Assembly (NCBI GenBank): GCA_035649175.1
Contig: DASRKB010000102.1
Span: forward strand, 4,300-68,299
Source of the DNA: Burkholderiales bacterium
Lineage (GTDB): Bacteria; Pseudomonadota; Gammaproteobacteria; Burkholderiales; SG8-39
Direction: 5' to 3'
Length of the DNA stretch: 64,000 bases
Shown here one piece after another: positions 63,261 through 64,000 of this stretch. Every line of letters starts with the position of its first letter. Positions within the stretch are counted from its first letter, which is position 1. A model generated the notes under the pieces. That model was given only the letters and a program-made list of their open reading frames with translations. It was not told the DNA's origin and did not search any database. The position numbers and the translations under genes were made by a program.

Positions 63261-63688
63261 CAGAGCTCCACAGGTTGAGGTTGCTGGGCCGCATGAGGAT
63301 GCGTTGCGCCCGCATACACCTTGAGCTTTCTCAGCATCGCATAGCCGAGCGGGCCCTTGGGCAGCATGCCCTTGACGGCGTGCTGGATCGCGCGCTCCGG
63401 GCGCGTGGCCCGAAGCTTCGTGAAGCTGGTCTGCCGCAGGCCGCCGGGATGCCCGGTGTGGCGGATGTAAGTCTTGTCCTGCGCCTTGCGGCCGGTGACG
63501 CGCACCTTCGCCGCATTCACCACGATGACGAAATCGCCGGTGTCGACGTGCGGCGTGTACTCCGGCTTGTGCTTGCCGCGCAGGCGCGAGGCGATCTGCG
63601 AGGCGAGGCGCCCGAGCACCTTGTCCTGGGCGTCGACCAGCAGCCACCTCTGCTCGACTTGACCCGCCTTTGCGGTATAGGTTGTCAT
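63260..63688 (-). CDS. rplM: 50S ribosomal protein L13
   Basis: Trimmed to ATG 63688. [59 protein letters not shown]. Confidence 0.97.
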   Translation of the reverse strand: MTTYTAKAGQVEQRWLLVDAQDKVLGRLASQIASRLRGKHKPEYTPHVDTGDFVIVVNAAKVRVTGRKAQDKTYIRHTGHPGGLRQTSFTKLRATRPERAIQHAVKGMLPKGPLGYAMLRKLKVYAGATHPHAAQQPQPVEL

Positions 63689-63749
63689 TGGAACGAAGAC
63701 GCGGGGGAACGCGAGAAAGCCGCGGATTTTACACGAAAAGGACGCGCGG

Positions 63750-64000
63750 ATGGAATGCAGGGTGAGCTGGACCGGCGAGGGCATGACCTTCCTTGCCGAG
63801 ACGGGGAGCAACCACGTCGTGGCGATGGACGGGGCCCCGGAAGGCGGGGGGCGCAACCTCGCCCCGCGCCCAATGGAGATGGTGCTGGCCGGCTCGGGCG
63901 GCTGCACCGCCTACGATGTGGTGGTGATTCTGAAGAAAAGCGGCCAGGCCGTCAGCGGCTGCGAGCTGAAGCTGACCGCGGAGCGCGCCTTGACTGATCC
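63750..64000 (+). CDS. OsmC-family protein (partial; runs off the right edge)
   Basis: Own translation: [88 protein letters not shown] lies 8 nt upstream. Not in the track because no stop is present. Confidence 0.8.
   Translation, partial: MECRVSWTGEGMTFLAETGSNHVVAMDGAPEGGGRNLAPRPMEMVLAGSGGCTAYDVVVILKKSGQAVSGCELKLTAERALTD

Noticed and set aside
1-64000. Scanned for tRNA/rRNA genes, CRISPR repeats, IS elements, integrases and phage genes.
   Set aside because: None were found. All intergenic gaps are under 230 bp, and none shows cloverleaf-like or repeat-spacer structure. No transposase or recombinase motifs occur in any frame I inspected.

Overview
Dense, GC-rich bacterial chromosomal window with about 62 protein genes. 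I found no rRNA, tRNA, CRISPR array, transposase or integrase. Gene order resembles what I remember from Betaproteobacteria (Burkholderiales-like): DUF502-aspS-nudB, MFS-ssb divergent from uvrA, and tyrS/M23/erpA/bactofilin/argC/rpsI/rplM. This taxonomic placement is inference only.

Most of the window is housekeeping genes plus transport and catabolism:
- a Liv-type ABC transporter
- a TRAP transporter with two tandem binding proteins
- putA, aspA and metY
- acetoacetyl-CoA synthetase with a PHB-depolymerase-type esterase
- many alpha/beta hydrolases and thioesterases

The stand-out region is 32968..37849:
- It encodes a signal-peptide-bearing caspase-like (peptidase C14) protein with an intact His/Cys dyad.
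- It also encodes a CHASE2-gated class III nucleotide cyclase whose substrate-selecting Lys looks replaced by Ser, and a secreted FecR/DUF928-like protein.
- The cyclase segment is visibly less GC-rich than its flanks.
- It is bracketed by a perfect 42-bp direct repeat. One copy ends the caspase gene; the other ends a 67-codon remnant of a paralogous C-terminal domain.

Other observations:
- a secreted RNase/barstar pair wedged into the aspS-nudB operon
- an esterase whose catalytic Ser lies upstream of any canonical start codon
- a tandem cNMP-binding protein coupled to an orphan ABC ATPase
- an exported trio of transglutaminase-like protein, TlpA and a SAM-methyltransferase lipoprotein
- a recurring -10-like hexamer 6-9 nt upstream of start codons, suggesting leaderless mRNAs

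All family names come from motif recognition by eye. No database search was run.
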